Positions 48,140 to 57,011 of a stretch of 64,000 nt of DNA are shown one piece after another. Source of the DNA: Candidatus Omnitrophota bacterium. GTDB lineage: Bacteria > Omnitrophota > Omnitrophia > Omnitrophales > Aquincolibacteriaceae. The DNA lies in the NCBI GenBank assembly GCA_016930235.1, contig JAFGHI010000042.1:2550-66549 (forward strand), given 5' to 3'. The translations under genes and the position numbers were made by a program. The notes beneath the pieces are model-generated. The model made no database searches, was not told the DNA's origin, and saw only the letters and a list, made by a program, of their open reading frames with translations. The first letter of the stretch is position 1. Every line of letters starts with the position of its first letter.

Positions 48140-48433
48140 ATATTTCCAAACGTTTGGAGATATGCACCCGTTCTGAATTGTCCCCACGTGGGGACAATTT
48201 ACGCAGACAAATTTGAGGTGATGCAAATCGCTTCGAATTTATTCGGTGCCGAATAAATCTGATAATTCAAATTGGTCCGGCGCCGGACCAATTGGCGTAA
48301 ATTGAATTTTCCCCGCGTGGGGAAAATTGGTGAGAACCGAGTTTTCCCACCGGTGGGAAAACTCACCAGGCTTGAATTCTGCCGACGTCGGCAGAATTTA
48401 ACGATTTTAAGTTTTCCGAACGTTCGGAAAACT
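48140..48433. repeat. Array of eight 24-bp palindromes of differing sequence; 35-bp period in the distal part
   Basis: Units start at 48140, 48176, 48236, 48270, 48305, 48340, 48375 and 48410; five are perfect palindromes. Confidence 0.9.
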
Positions 48434-48480
48434 CAGTGGTTATAACTAGCCGAAGCTGGATACTGGATGCTAGATGTTCG

Positions 48481-48653
48481 CCCCCTCACCCTGCCCTCTC
48501 CCCACTGGGGAGAGGGTTGGGGTGAGGGGTTGTTGTTTCAGTTTACCCGCCTGCGTGGCAGGCGGGGATGAGGGGGAAATATTCTTATAACACCCTCAAC
48601 CTAGCCCCTGCCCGACTGCATGGCAGGCGGGCTCTCCCTTTCAGGGAGAGGGA
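48481..48653. repeat. Cluster of REP-like hairpins (CCCTCACCC..CCCTCTCCC/GGGAGAGGG type and CCCGCCTGC/GCAGGCGGG type)
   Basis: Long hairpin at 48481-48529; CCCGCCTGC-GTG-GCAGGCGGG at 48546-48566; a second copy at 48591-48653 carries an insertion. Confidence 0.75.
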
Positions 48654-48913
48654 AATACAACGGTTAATTATCAACGCCACTCGTTAATGGTGCATTATGT
48701 TTTTGACTTGCTGCCTGGAGCCTGCAGCTTTGATCTAGCTTCCAGCCTCTAGCCTCAGCTTTTATCCAGCATCTGATTTACGTGATCACTAATGCTATCT
48801 ATTGCTATATAGAGAATTTATTTTATAGCAGGTATTGAAAAATGATCGAACGGCGGGTATGGTTTAAGAAGATAGTTTAGGGAACGTTTTGATTCACTAA
48901 TTAGTTCATATGA

Positions 48914-49267
48914 ATGGAGATAGGACTTATGAAAAGAGATAGATTAGTCAGTTGGCTTCATTGTGTGGGTTTTGTTTTGTTTTTTGCCATTGCCCAATGG
49001 TTTTTTGTCCTGCCGGTGATCTCGGCAGTCAATCCCGCGGAAAGTGTCTACGCGACGAACCGTCTTTCGAAGGATAATACCGCCGGTATGAAAGACAACA
49101 TTTCGGTGCCTGTCGTGCAGCCGGTCGAGAAGCTTGAGATCGGCGGGTTCATTGCCGGTGAGGGAATGGGTTTTGGTGCAGTCTCCTATAAGGCGCAGGA
49201 TCTTGTCGGCGGGCATTTGGCCTCGAGCCGGAATCCCGAAGAAATCCTGGAACTTGCCGGAACATAA
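48914..49267 (+). CDS. Hypothetical membrane/exported protein
   Basis: ORF with a hydrophobic N-terminal segment; probable start at ATG 48929 after a GGA-rich RBS. Confidence 0.5.
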   Translation: MEIGLMKRDRLVSWLHCVGFVLFFAIAQWFFVLPVISAVNPAESVYATNRLSKDNTAGMKDNISVPVVQPVEKLEIGGFIAGEGMGFGAVSYKAQDLVGGHLASSRNPEEILELAGT

Positions 49268-49340
49268 AAGGGATAAACCGTTCCCGTGTTTTGTGTTGAT
49301 CTAATTCTTCCATTAGGTTTTGCCGATAATCCATAACCGG

Positions 49341-49580
49341 ATGAAAACTCTTATTTTCAACACAATCGGTTTTTTTTCGGCCCTGAGCTTGATCATGGTC
49401 CTGGTTTATTTCGGGCCGGACTTAATCCAAGGAGATCTCACTTCGATGAAGGATTTCCTCGAAAAATACCGGGGCATCGAACCCTTCGTCATATTTATTG
49501 TCCCTGTCGTTATCATTGTGGGGAGTGCCTGGATCTGGAAGATGGCCGTCCATTTAACCCGTAAGAACCCTTCATCCTAA
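49341..49580 (+). CDS. Small two-TM hypothetical protein
   Basis: Two hydrophobic helices; ends 13 nt before the next gene. Confidence 0.55.
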   Translation: MKTLIFNTIGFFSALSLIMVLVYFGPDLIQGDLTSMKDFLEKYRGIEPFVIFIVPVVIIVGSAWIWKMAVHLTRKNPSS

Positions 49581-49592
49581 AAGGAGCTAACC

Positions 49593-51455
49593 ATGGACTT
49601 ACTCAATGACAAGAACGCAAGCAAGGGGAAACTCAAGGCCTTGGAATTGGCCGAGGATTCACGCGAGGCAGAATGGAAGCTGCCGAGTTTTGCGGCGGAG
49701 CTTTTCCAAGGCCAGACGCGCTGGGAACTTATCTTACCTTTTCCGTCTCAGAGTGATGAGGATAAAAAGGAAGGCGATTTATTCCTGGCAAAACTCGAAA
49801 AGGTCCTCAAAAAAACTATCGATCCGAACGAAGTTGATCGAAGCGGGGATGTTCCTAAGGAGGCGCTTCAGGCCCTGGCGGAGATCGGGTGTTTTGCGAT
49901 TAAGATCCCGAAGGAATACGGCGGGCTGGGTTTATCGCAGGTCAATTACAACCGCGCGATCCATCTTACGGCGAGTCATTGCTCTTCGACGGCCGTGTAC
50001 CTTTCGGCGCATCAATCGATCGGGGTGCCGCAGCCTCTCATCAATTTTGGGACGGAGGAACAAAAGAAAAAATATTTTCCGCAATTTGCGAAGGGGAAGA
50101 TCTCGGCCTTTGCGTTGACGGAACCGGATGTGGGCAGTGATCCGGCCAAGATGAAGACGACGGCGGTGCCGATGGAGGGCGGGAAATATTATCTCTTAAA
50201 CGGTGAAAAGCTTTGGTGTACGAACGGGACGGTGGCGGAAATTATCGCGGTGATGGCTCAAACGCCCCCCAAGATTGTGCGGGGTAAAGAGCGGCAGCAA
50301 ATCACGGCCTTTATTGTTGAAAAGAGTATGCCGGGCGTTGAGGTGGCTCACCGCTGTACTTTTATGGGCCTTAAAGGGATCTCGAACGCGCTCATCCGGT
50401 TTAAAGACGTGAAGGTCCCGGCGGAGAATATCATTATCGGAGAAGGCAAGGGGCTGAAGCTGGCCCTTTCGACCTTGAATATCGGACGTTTGACGATGCC
50501 GGCGGCGGTCACAGCCGGTGCGAAATGGTGCATTCGTGTGATGCGCGATTGGGCGAATAACCGTGTGCAGTGGGGCGCGCCGGTGGGAAAGCACGAAGCG
50601 GTGGCCGCTAAGATTGCGGGGATGTCGTCCACGGTCTTTGCAATGGATGCGATTGCGAATATGGCGGCGGCGATGGTGGACCAGAAGAAAACCGATATTC
50701 GTTTGGAAGCGGCGCTCGCGAAACTCTTTTGTACGGAGGCCAGCTGGCGTATTGTCGACGGGGCGATGCAGGTCCGCGGCGGACGGGGCTATGAGACCGT
50801 GGAGTCTTTAAAAGGACGCGGCGATCAACCTTATGCGGTCGAACGCCTCATGCGCGATATGCGGATCAACACGATCATTGAAGGGACGAGCCAGATCATG
50901 AGGCTATTTATTGCGCGTGAGGCCATGGATATTCATGTCCGCCATATTATGCCGATCCTGGCGAAGCGCACAAAGTTTCTGGACCGGATCAAACTTGCGT
51001 TTCAGTCCTTCTTCTTTTATGCGTTTTGGTACCCTCAGCAATTCTTGTTTTTGACTTCGATGCCAAAAGGCGTGAAGATCCCGAAGCGGCTCGGGGGACA
51101 TATGAAATATGTTTCGAAGACCGCACATCGCTTGGCACGTAATCTCTTTCATGCCATGATGCTTTATCAACAAGGGCTTGAGAAGAAGCAGATGCTGATG
51201 ACGAGGCTTGTCAATATCGGGACCGATCTTTTTGCGATTGCCGTGAGTTGTTCGAAGGCCATCAAGATGGTGACGGAGAATCCGGGAGACAAAGGGCCCA
51301 TCGATGTCGCAGACCTTTTTTGCCGGCAGGCAAAGGGACGGATTGAAGGGCAATTCCGGGGTCTTTTCCATAACTTTGACGGATTTGCTTACAAGGTAGC
51401 GCAGGATACCTTGAAGGACAAACACCTTTGGCTCGAATCGGACCTTGTTTCGTAA
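49593..51455 (+). CDS. Acyl-CoA dehydrogenase (long, ACAD9/VLCAD-like)
   Basis: IPKEYGGLG, AHQSIG, FALTEPDVGSD, NGEKLWCTNG, RVQWG, GGRGY, IIEGTSQI. Confidence 0.93.
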   Translation: MDLLNDKNASKGKLKALELAEDSREAEWKLPSFAAELFQGQTRWELILPFPSQSDEDKKEGDLFLAKLEKVLKKTIDPNEVDRSGDVPKEALQALAEIGCFAIKIPKEYGGLGLSQVNYNRAIHLTASHCSSTAVYLSAHQSIGVPQPLINFGTEEQKKKYFPQFAKGKISAFALTEPDVGSDPAKMKTTAVPMEGGKYYLLNGEKLWCTNGTVAEIIAVMAQTPPKIVRGKERQQITAFIVEKSMPGVEVAHRCTFMGLKGISNALIRFKDVKVPAENIIIGEGKGLKLALSTLNIGRLTMPAAVTAGAKWCIRVMRDWANNRVQWGAPVGKHEAVAAKIAGMSSTVFAMDAIANMAAAMVDQKKTDIRLEAALAKLFCTEASWRIVDGAMQVRGGRGYETVESLKGRGDQPYAVERLMRDMRINTIIEGTSQIMRLFIAREAMDIHVRHIMPILAKRTKFLDRIKLAFQSFFFYAFWYPQQFLFLTSMPKGVKIPKRLGGHMKYVSKTAHRLARNLFHAMMLYQQGLEKKQMLMTRLVNIGTDLFAIAVSCSKAIKMVTENPGDKGPIDVADLFCRQAKGRIEGQFRGLFHNFDGFAYKVAQDTLKDKHLWLESDLVS

Positions 51456-51478
51456 GCACCGACGCCTCCGGCGTTTGA

Positions 51479-51568
51479 CCGCTAGCGCCCACCGCGTAGG
51501 TGGCCTTTTCAATCATTCCTAACGTTAGGTTTGTCGGAAAAGGCCACCTACGCGGTGGGCGCTAGCGG
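51479..51568. repeat. ~90-bp inverted-repeat element, copy 2 (perfect 32-bp arms)
   Basis: CCGCTAGCGCCCACCGCGTAGGTGGCCTTTTC / GAAAAGGCCACCTACGCGGTGGGCGCTAGCGG. Confidence 0.88.
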
Positions 51569-51686
51569 CGGCGGCCAGTGGCGGTCGAGGGCTGGACGGT
51601 ACCCAACCCGCGTGGTATGATACTCCGAAGTCAATAATCCAAGATTAATTCCCTTTCGAGTGGAGGCGCTTTTTAGCGATCAAACG

Positions 51687-52247
51687 ATGACAGACGAGAA
51701 TATCCAGATTGAAACCGAATTTACGCCGAACCCCAAATCACTGAAATTCAATGCCAACAGAGTGATCATCGAGAAGGGGACTTTCTCTTATTCGAAATCG
51801 GCGGAGGCCGAGAAATCGATTTTGGCCAAGAAGTTGTTCCAAGTGAAAGGTGTTGAAGGGGTCTTGATCGGCAAAGATTTTGTGACCATTACGCGAGGCG
51901 CGAATGTCGGGACGTGGGCGGCCATTATCCCGGCGGTCAGCGATACCTTGAAGGATCACCTGTTATCGGGAGAGCCGGCCGTGTTCTCGGAAGCTTCGAA
52001 TCAAGCGAGCGGCAGCGAATCGGAAGTAGAAAAAAGGATCCAACAGTTTTTGGATGAAAAAATAAGGCCGGCTTTGGCCCGTGATGGCGGGGATGTGACT
52101 TTCGAGAGTTACAAAGACGGAGTCGTCGCGCTTCAGTTGCGGGGGGCGTGTTCTCATTGTCCCAGTGCGACCATGACGCTCAAAATGGGGGTTGAAAGAC
52201 TTTTACGCGAAGCCATTCCCGAAGTCAAAGAGGTCGTGCAGGTTTAA
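51687..52247 (+). CDS. nfuA: NifU/Nfu-type Fe-S carrier (Nfu_N + NifU_C)
   Basis: TPNPKSLKF; IRPALARDGGD...LRGACSHCPSATMTLK. Confidence 0.88.
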   Translation: MTDENIQIETEFTPNPKSLKFNANRVIIEKGTFSYSKSAEAEKSILAKKLFQVKGVEGVLIGKDFVTITRGANVGTWAAIIPAVSDTLKDHLLSGEPAVFSEASNQASGSESEVEKRIQQFLDEKIRPALARDGGDVTFESYKDGVVALQLRGACSHCPSATMTLKMGVERLLREAIPEVKEVVQV

Positions 52248-52258
52248 AAATCCAAGAA

Positions 52259-52762
52259 ATGTTCTTTTTTTCAAGTATGAGATCTAAACGCATAAGAGTT
52301 TTGAAGCGGGTTCCGATCGGGATCATTTTTTTGGGGCTTAGCCTGAATCTTTTCATATTGCCTCATCTTGTTACGGCACAAACCGCACCTGTCCTTTATC
52401 CGGGATTTGCTCCGATCGAAGAAAGCAAGGCTTACCTCAAATTTTTGGAGAGCCCCAAGTCCGATTACGCCAAGATTCTTTTTTTGATCGACAGGTTTGG
52501 AGAAGCCGATGCCGAAATCATCTATGAGGGATATGTTTTTTCGACGACTTTTGCCGCGCATTTTGCCAGACAATTTTTGTCACGGCAATACCGGGGGGAA
52601 ACACCGGAAAAGTGGATTATGCGGTGGTGCAATACCTCGGTGATCAAAGGGGAGCTCATCTGGGTCCGGCTCCCCAATCAGAAATATAAATTATCACGTG
52701 AAGTCCTGCTGGAAGAAGTCAAAGTCCTTGAAGAGTGCCTCAAAGGGAAACCGGTTTCCTGA
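52259..52762 (+). CDS. Exported hypothetical protein (resembles DUF5329/YfeK)
   Basis: Signal-like hydrophobic stretch and a KI.FLI...TPE.WI...S..G pattern; family assignment tentative. Confidence 0.55.
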   Translation: MFFFSSMRSKRIRVLKRVPIGIIFLGLSLNLFILPHLVTAQTAPVLYPGFAPIEESKAYLKFLESPKSDYAKILFLIDRFGEADAEIIYEGYVFSTTFAAHFARQFLSRQYRGETPEKWIMRWCNTSVIKGELIWVRLPNQKYKLSREVLLEEVKVLEECLKGKPVS

Positions 52763-52856
52763 TTTTGCCGCTCAAGATCTTTTTTTAATCAAACCGTTGA
52801 CGGGTCCTGCCGATATTTGAAGAGATAGCATGCTGGCATTTATCACGGAGGCAACT

Positions 52857-53057
52857 ATGGCGACGAAGAAGAAACTGAAGAAACTTTCATCGGGGAAAGT
52901 GAGTATCTTTAAGATCGAGAATCGACGGGGGTATGCGGCGGTTTGCATGAAAAACCTGACAGAAGGGCGAAGCCCGGTTCAGGCCTTCTATCGAATGGTG
53001 AAAGCAGTCAAACGATCAGGATTTGAGTTGAGCGGGAGAGTCCCGAAGGCCCGCTAG
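52857..53057 (+). CDS. Small basic hypothetical protein
   Basis: GGAGG RBS before ATG 52857; Lys/Arg-rich, 66 aa. Confidence 0.65.
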   Translation: MATKKKLKKLSSGKVSIFKIENRRGYAAVCMKNLTEGRSPVQAFYRMVKAVKRSGFELSGRVPKAR

Positions 53058-53067
53058 AGACCCGTTA

Positions 53068-53140
53068 CGCTTGCCACCGCGGCGGCCTTTTCTCTACTCT
53101 TTAAGAGGAGTTAGGTCAAAAGGCCGTTGCTTGGCGGGTG
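53068..53140. repeat. Diverged third member of the inverted-repeat family
   Basis: CCACCGCGGCGGCCTTTT...TTAGGT..AAAAGGCCGTTGCTTGG retains the GGCCTTTT/AAAAGGCC core. Confidence 0.55.
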
Positions 53141-53260
53141 GTGAGCGGTCATTTCACCCCAAAAACACCTAGGATATCTTCGATGCACCTTCATTGACAG
53201 AGGACGAAGGGTGCTGTAAAATTCGACAAAATCAAAGGTTACGGAGATTACGGAACTCTT

Positions 53261-54244
53261 ATGTCATCTCGAGTTTTAAGTGGTACACGCCCCACAGGTT
53301 GCCTGCATCTGGGGAATTTGATGGGAGCGCTTGAAAATTTCAAAAAACTGCAAGGAGAAGATTCCTTTTTCATGATTGCCGATCTTCATGCCTTGACCAC
53401 GGAATATGAGGAAAAGGCTTCGTTAAGGGAACGCGTCATGGAAGTTGTGATCGATTACCTGGCAAGCGGATTGGACCCGGATCAATGTACGATCTTCGTC
53501 CAAAGCGAGATTTCCGCTCACGCCGAAATGGCGCTTCTGTTATCGATGATAACACCGTTGGGTTGGCTTGAGCGGAACCCTACTTACAAAGATCAATTGC
53601 GCGAACTTCAAGGCCGTGAGCTTCATACGCACGGCTTTCTGGGGTATCCGGTCCTTCAAACGGCCGATATTGTGCTCTACAAGGCCGAAAAGGTTCCGGT
53701 GGGGGAAGATCAACTGCCTCACTTGGAATTAGCGCGTGAAATCGTCAGACGTTTTCATTATTTGTACAAAGAGGAAATTTTCCCCGAGCCGCAAGCGGTC
53801 TTGACTCAGGTTCCCCGGATTCCGGGTTTGGACGGAAGGAAGATGAGCAAGAGTTATGATAATTGTATTTATTTGTCAGACAGTGCTGAGGTCGTCAAGA
53901 AGAAAGCGAAGACCATGATTACGGATCCTGCCCGTAAGAAGCGGGAGGATAAAGGACATCCGGAAGTTTGTCCGGTTTTTCTGTTCCATCAGCTGTTTAA
54001 TGCGTCCGAAAAAGAGAAGGTGGCGCAGGAGTGCCGGGAAGCGATGCGCGGATGCGTTGACTGTAAGATGGAAATGATCGAAAAATTGAATGATTTTCTT
54101 GAACCGATTCGCAAGAGGCGTGAACAATGGATGAAGAAAAAAGATCAAGTGGAGAAAATCCTGAACCACGGCCGCCGGAAAGCGAGCCAAGTCGCCAACC
54201 AGACACTTCTGGAAGCGATGCGGGCGATGGGACTCCGGGATTAG
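53261..54244 (+). CDS. trpS: Tryptophan--tRNA ligase
   Basis: SGTRPTG.LHLGN (HIGH), YPVLQTAD, VPVGEDQ, KMSKS. Confidence 0.97.
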   Translation: MSSRVLSGTRPTGCLHLGNLMGALENFKKLQGEDSFFMIADLHALTTEYEEKASLRERVMEVVIDYLASGLDPDQCTIFVQSEISAHAEMALLLSMITPLGWLERNPTYKDQLRELQGRELHTHGFLGYPVLQTADIVLYKAEKVPVGEDQLPHLELAREIVRRFHYLYKEEIFPEPQAVLTQVPRIPGLDGRKMSKSYDNCIYLSDSAEVVKKKAKTMITDPARKKREDKGHPEVCPVFLFHQLFNASEKEKVAQECREAMRGCVDCKMEMIEKLNDFLEPIRKRREQWMKKKDQVEKILNHGRRKASQVANQTLLEAMRAMGLRD

Positions 54245-55056
54245 ATTCCCGAACACAAACTCCGGTTCGGCAGGAAGGAACTGAGAGCAAAGAGGAAAGT
54301 CCGCTTGCGGGTGACCCCACCCTGAAAGAGAGAAATCCTCTGCATGTGTCGCTTGCCGTCTACGACGGTCCGCTTGACCTCTTATTGGACCTTATTAGAA
54401 AAAATGAGATGAACATTTATGACATTCCCATTGCGGAGATTACGAAAAAATATCTGGAGTATCTGGCGGAGATGAAAAAATTCGATCTCGATATTGCCGG
54501 CGACTTCTTGGTCATGGCGGCAACGCTTGTCTATATCAAATCCAGGATGCTTCTGCCGCAGGAAAAGGACGAAGAGGAAGATGAGTCCGGCGGCGACCCG
54601 AGGGCCGAGCTTGTCCGTAAGCTTTTGGAGTACCAGGCCTTCAAAGAGGCAGCCAAGGAATTGGGGATCATGGAGGATGAGCAGGGAAAGGTTTTTACGC
54701 GTCAGGTGACGGATTACTATTTGGCGGATTTGGATGCCGAAGACGTCGAAATCGACAACTTCAGCGCCAATCTGTACGATCTTCTTTCGGCATTCCAGGT
54801 CGTGCTGGCCAAGGCCGGCCGCAAGGACATGCATGAGATTTATGAAGAGCAGGTCAGCATCGAGGAGCGGGTCCGCGATATCCAGATTATGCTGACCCAA
54901 AAAAAGACGATCCTTTTTTCGGAGCTTTTTCCGGAGACGTGGACGAGAAATTATTTAATCGCGACATTTTTGGCGCTGTTGGAAATTGTCAGGACCAAAT
55001 ATGCCAAGGTGAGACAAAAAGAAAAATACGGAGAAATTACGCTCGAGAAAAGGTAA
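54127..55056 (+). CDS. scpA: Segregation and condensation protein A (start uncertain)
   Basis: YDGPLDLLLDLI, FLVMAATL..IKSRMLLP, TFLALLE. Confidence 0.9.
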   Translation: MDEEKRSSGENPEPRPPESEPSRQPDTSGSDAGDGTPGLDSRTQTPVRQEGTESKEESPLAGDPTLKERNPLHVSLAVYDGPLDLLLDLIRKNEMNIYDIPIAEITKKYLEYLAEMKKFDLDIAGDFLVMAATLVYIKSRMLLPQEKDEEEDESGGDPRAELVRKLLEYQAFKEAAKELGIMEDEQGKVFTRQVTDYYLADLDAEDVEIDNFSANLYDLLSAFQVVLAKAGRKDMHEIYEEQVSIEERVRDIQIMLTQKKTILFSELFPETWTRNYLIATFLALLEIVRTKYAKVRQKEKYGEITLEKR

Positions 55057-55062
55057 CTTTTC

Positions 55063-55959
55063 TTGGGTGTTTTGACGGGAAAGGATAGTAAGCAAGTGAA
55101 CGAAAAAGATCGGGAAAGAGAACGAGCGGAGAAAATGAAGGCCTTGAGGCGGGAACTCGAGGAGAAACTTGAAGATCAGCTTCCCGCCGAAATGTTGGAA
55201 GGTAAGCCTGAAGTGGAGGTGCGGAAGATCCGGGAAGGAGAGGAACTCGAGCCGGGGAAGGCGAAGCGGATTATCGAGGCCCTTCTTTTTGCCTCGACCA
55301 AACCCATCACGGTTAATGAGATCCGTAAAGTGATGAAAGCTTTGTCGCCCAAAGACATATCCAATACCATTCTTGAACTCAAACAGGAATACGAACGGGA
55401 GCCAAGAAGCTTCGAAGTCGTTGAGATCGCAAACGGATTCGAGGTGCGGACGAAAAAAGATTATGCGCCCTGGATCATGAAGATTGAGCTCCAGAAAAAA
55501 GTAAGGCAGGTGACCCAGTCGGCGTTAGAAACCTTGGCCATTTTAGCTTACAAACAACCCATCACGCGTCCGGAAATCGAAGAACTCAGAGGGGTCGATG
55601 TCAGCGGGGTCTTGACGACCTTAATGGAGCGGGGCCTTGTCAAAATCGTCGGAAAGAAAGAGGTTGCGGGAAGACCCTTCCTTTACGGAACAACGGATAA
55701 GTTTTTGGAACATTTCGGTCTTAATCGGATCGAGGATCTTCCTCCCATAGAAGAGATTAAGAATTTGGTGGAGAACTCGGTCAACAAAGATGAATTGCTC
55801 GGGACCACTAAGATTTTGGACATACCGAATGAAGAAAATACTGCATCCGAGAGCGGCGAAGCTTCTCCCCAAGGAGAATCTCTCGGTCCGCAGGAAGAAG
55901 ATGCAACAGTCTGCGAGGGGCAAAATGAATCTGAGCCAGATACGCAAGAAGATCGATGA
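55063..55959 (+). CDS. scpB: Segregation and condensation protein B
   Basis: IEALLFAS, ALETLAILAYKQPITR.EIE.LRGV, GRPFLYGTT..FL..FGL. Confidence 0.94.
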   Translation: MGVLTGKDSKQVNEKDRERERAEKMKALRRELEEKLEDQLPAEMLEGKPEVEVRKIREGEELEPGKAKRIIEALLFASTKPITVNEIRKVMKALSPKDISNTILELKQEYEREPRSFEVVEIANGFEVRTKKDYAPWIMKIELQKKVRQVTQSALETLAILAYKQPITRPEIEELRGVDVSGVLTTLMERGLVKIVGKKEVAGRPFLYGTTDKFLEHFGLNRIEDLPPIEEIKNLVENSVNKDELLGTTKILDIPNEENTASESGEASPQGESLGPQEEDATVCEGQNESEPDTQEDR

Positions 55960-56998
55960 ACTCGATCAAAAAATTATGCAGCTTCTTAACGACAGGACGG
56001 AGCTTGCGCTTCAGGTCGGCAAGGTAAAGACAGAAAGCGGTAAGGAGATTTACGCTCCGGACCGTGAAAGCGAAATTTATCAAATGATTGATAAGGAAGC
56101 GAAGGGGCCTTTACCTAAGAATGCTCTCAAATCCATTTACCGTGAGATCATGTCGGCTTCTTTGGCCTTGGAAAAACCTTTAACGATTGCCTATCTGGGG
56201 CCGGAAGCGACATTCACCCACTTGGCGACCCTCTCCAAGTTCGGTTCGAGCGTGAATTATGCGGCGGCCTCCAGTATCAATGAGGTCTTTCAGGAGGTCG
56301 AGCAAAAACGTGCGGATTACGGGGTGATCCCAATCGAGAATTCGATTGAAGGGGCGGTCAGCCATACCTTGGATATGTTCATGGACTCCGATCTTAAGAT
56401 TTGTTCCGAGATCCTTTTTTCGATCTCCCATAATCTGATGGCCAGTTGCGGTATGGAAAATATCAAGCGGGTCTATTCGAAATTCGAGGTCTTCGGTCAA
56501 TGCCGGGCGTGGCTGGAATCCCATCTGCCGCGGGTTGAATTGATCGAGACGGCCAGCACGACCACAGCTGCTCAAAGGGCTCAGCGCGAAGAGGGCGCCG
56601 CGGCCATTGCTTCTAAACTTGCGGCGACACTTTACAATTTGCCTATCCTGGCCCAAGGGATCCAGGATTTTTCGCAGAACGTGACCCGTTTCCTGGTCAT
56701 TTCCCGACAGATTCCGGCTCCGACCAAAAAGGACAAGACGTCGATGCTGGTCTCGATTAAGGACAAGGTCGGTGCGCTTTACGACATGTTGATCCCGATC
56801 AAGAGAAACAAGATCAATATGACGAAGATTGAATCGCGGCCTTCGAAAAAAAAGGCGTGGGATTATTATTTCTTCATCGATTTCGAAGGGCATGTGGAAA
56901 ATCCTTCCGTGAAACGAATGCTCAATGAAATGGAAGGGAAGGTTAAATTTTTGAAGGTGCTGGGGTCCTATCCCGCTTCCAATCTGAAGGAGACCTGA
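55925..56998 (+). CDS. pheA: Chorismate mutase/prephenate dehydratase
   Basis: LSQIRKKIDELD (CM), YLGPEATFT, PIENS.EG, TRF, IESRPS, LGSYP; start taken at ATG 55925. Confidence 0.95.
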   Translation: MNLSQIRKKIDELDQKIMQLLNDRTELALQVGKVKTESGKEIYAPDRESEIYQMIDKEAKGPLPKNALKSIYREIMSASLALEKPLTIAYLGPEATFTHLATLSKFGSSVNYAAASSINEVFQEVEQKRADYGVIPIENSIEGAVSHTLDMFMDSDLKICSEILFSISHNLMASCGMENIKRVYSKFEVFGQCRAWLESHLPRVELIETASTTTAAQRAQREEGAAAIASKLAATLYNLPILAQGIQDFSQNVTRFLVISRQIPAPTKKDKTSMLVSIKDKVGALYDMLIPIKRNKINMTKIESRPSKKKAWDYYFFIDFEGHVENPSVKRMLNEMEGKVKFLKVLGSYPASNLKET

Positions 56999-57011
56999 TT
57001 TTCAAGCCGTC

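Noticed and set aside
47952-48216. Short ORFs on both strands over the hairpin region
   Set aside because: No RBS or protein-like features; they run through repeats and palindromes.
48140-48433. CRISPR array
   Set aside because: There is no constant repeat sequence, linkers are only 10-12 bp in the regular part, and no cas genes are in the window.
48270-48433. TIGR-type guide array (similar unit length)
   Set aside because: The two variable halves are reverse complements of each other, the linkers are not conserved, and no Nop-domain gene is nearby.
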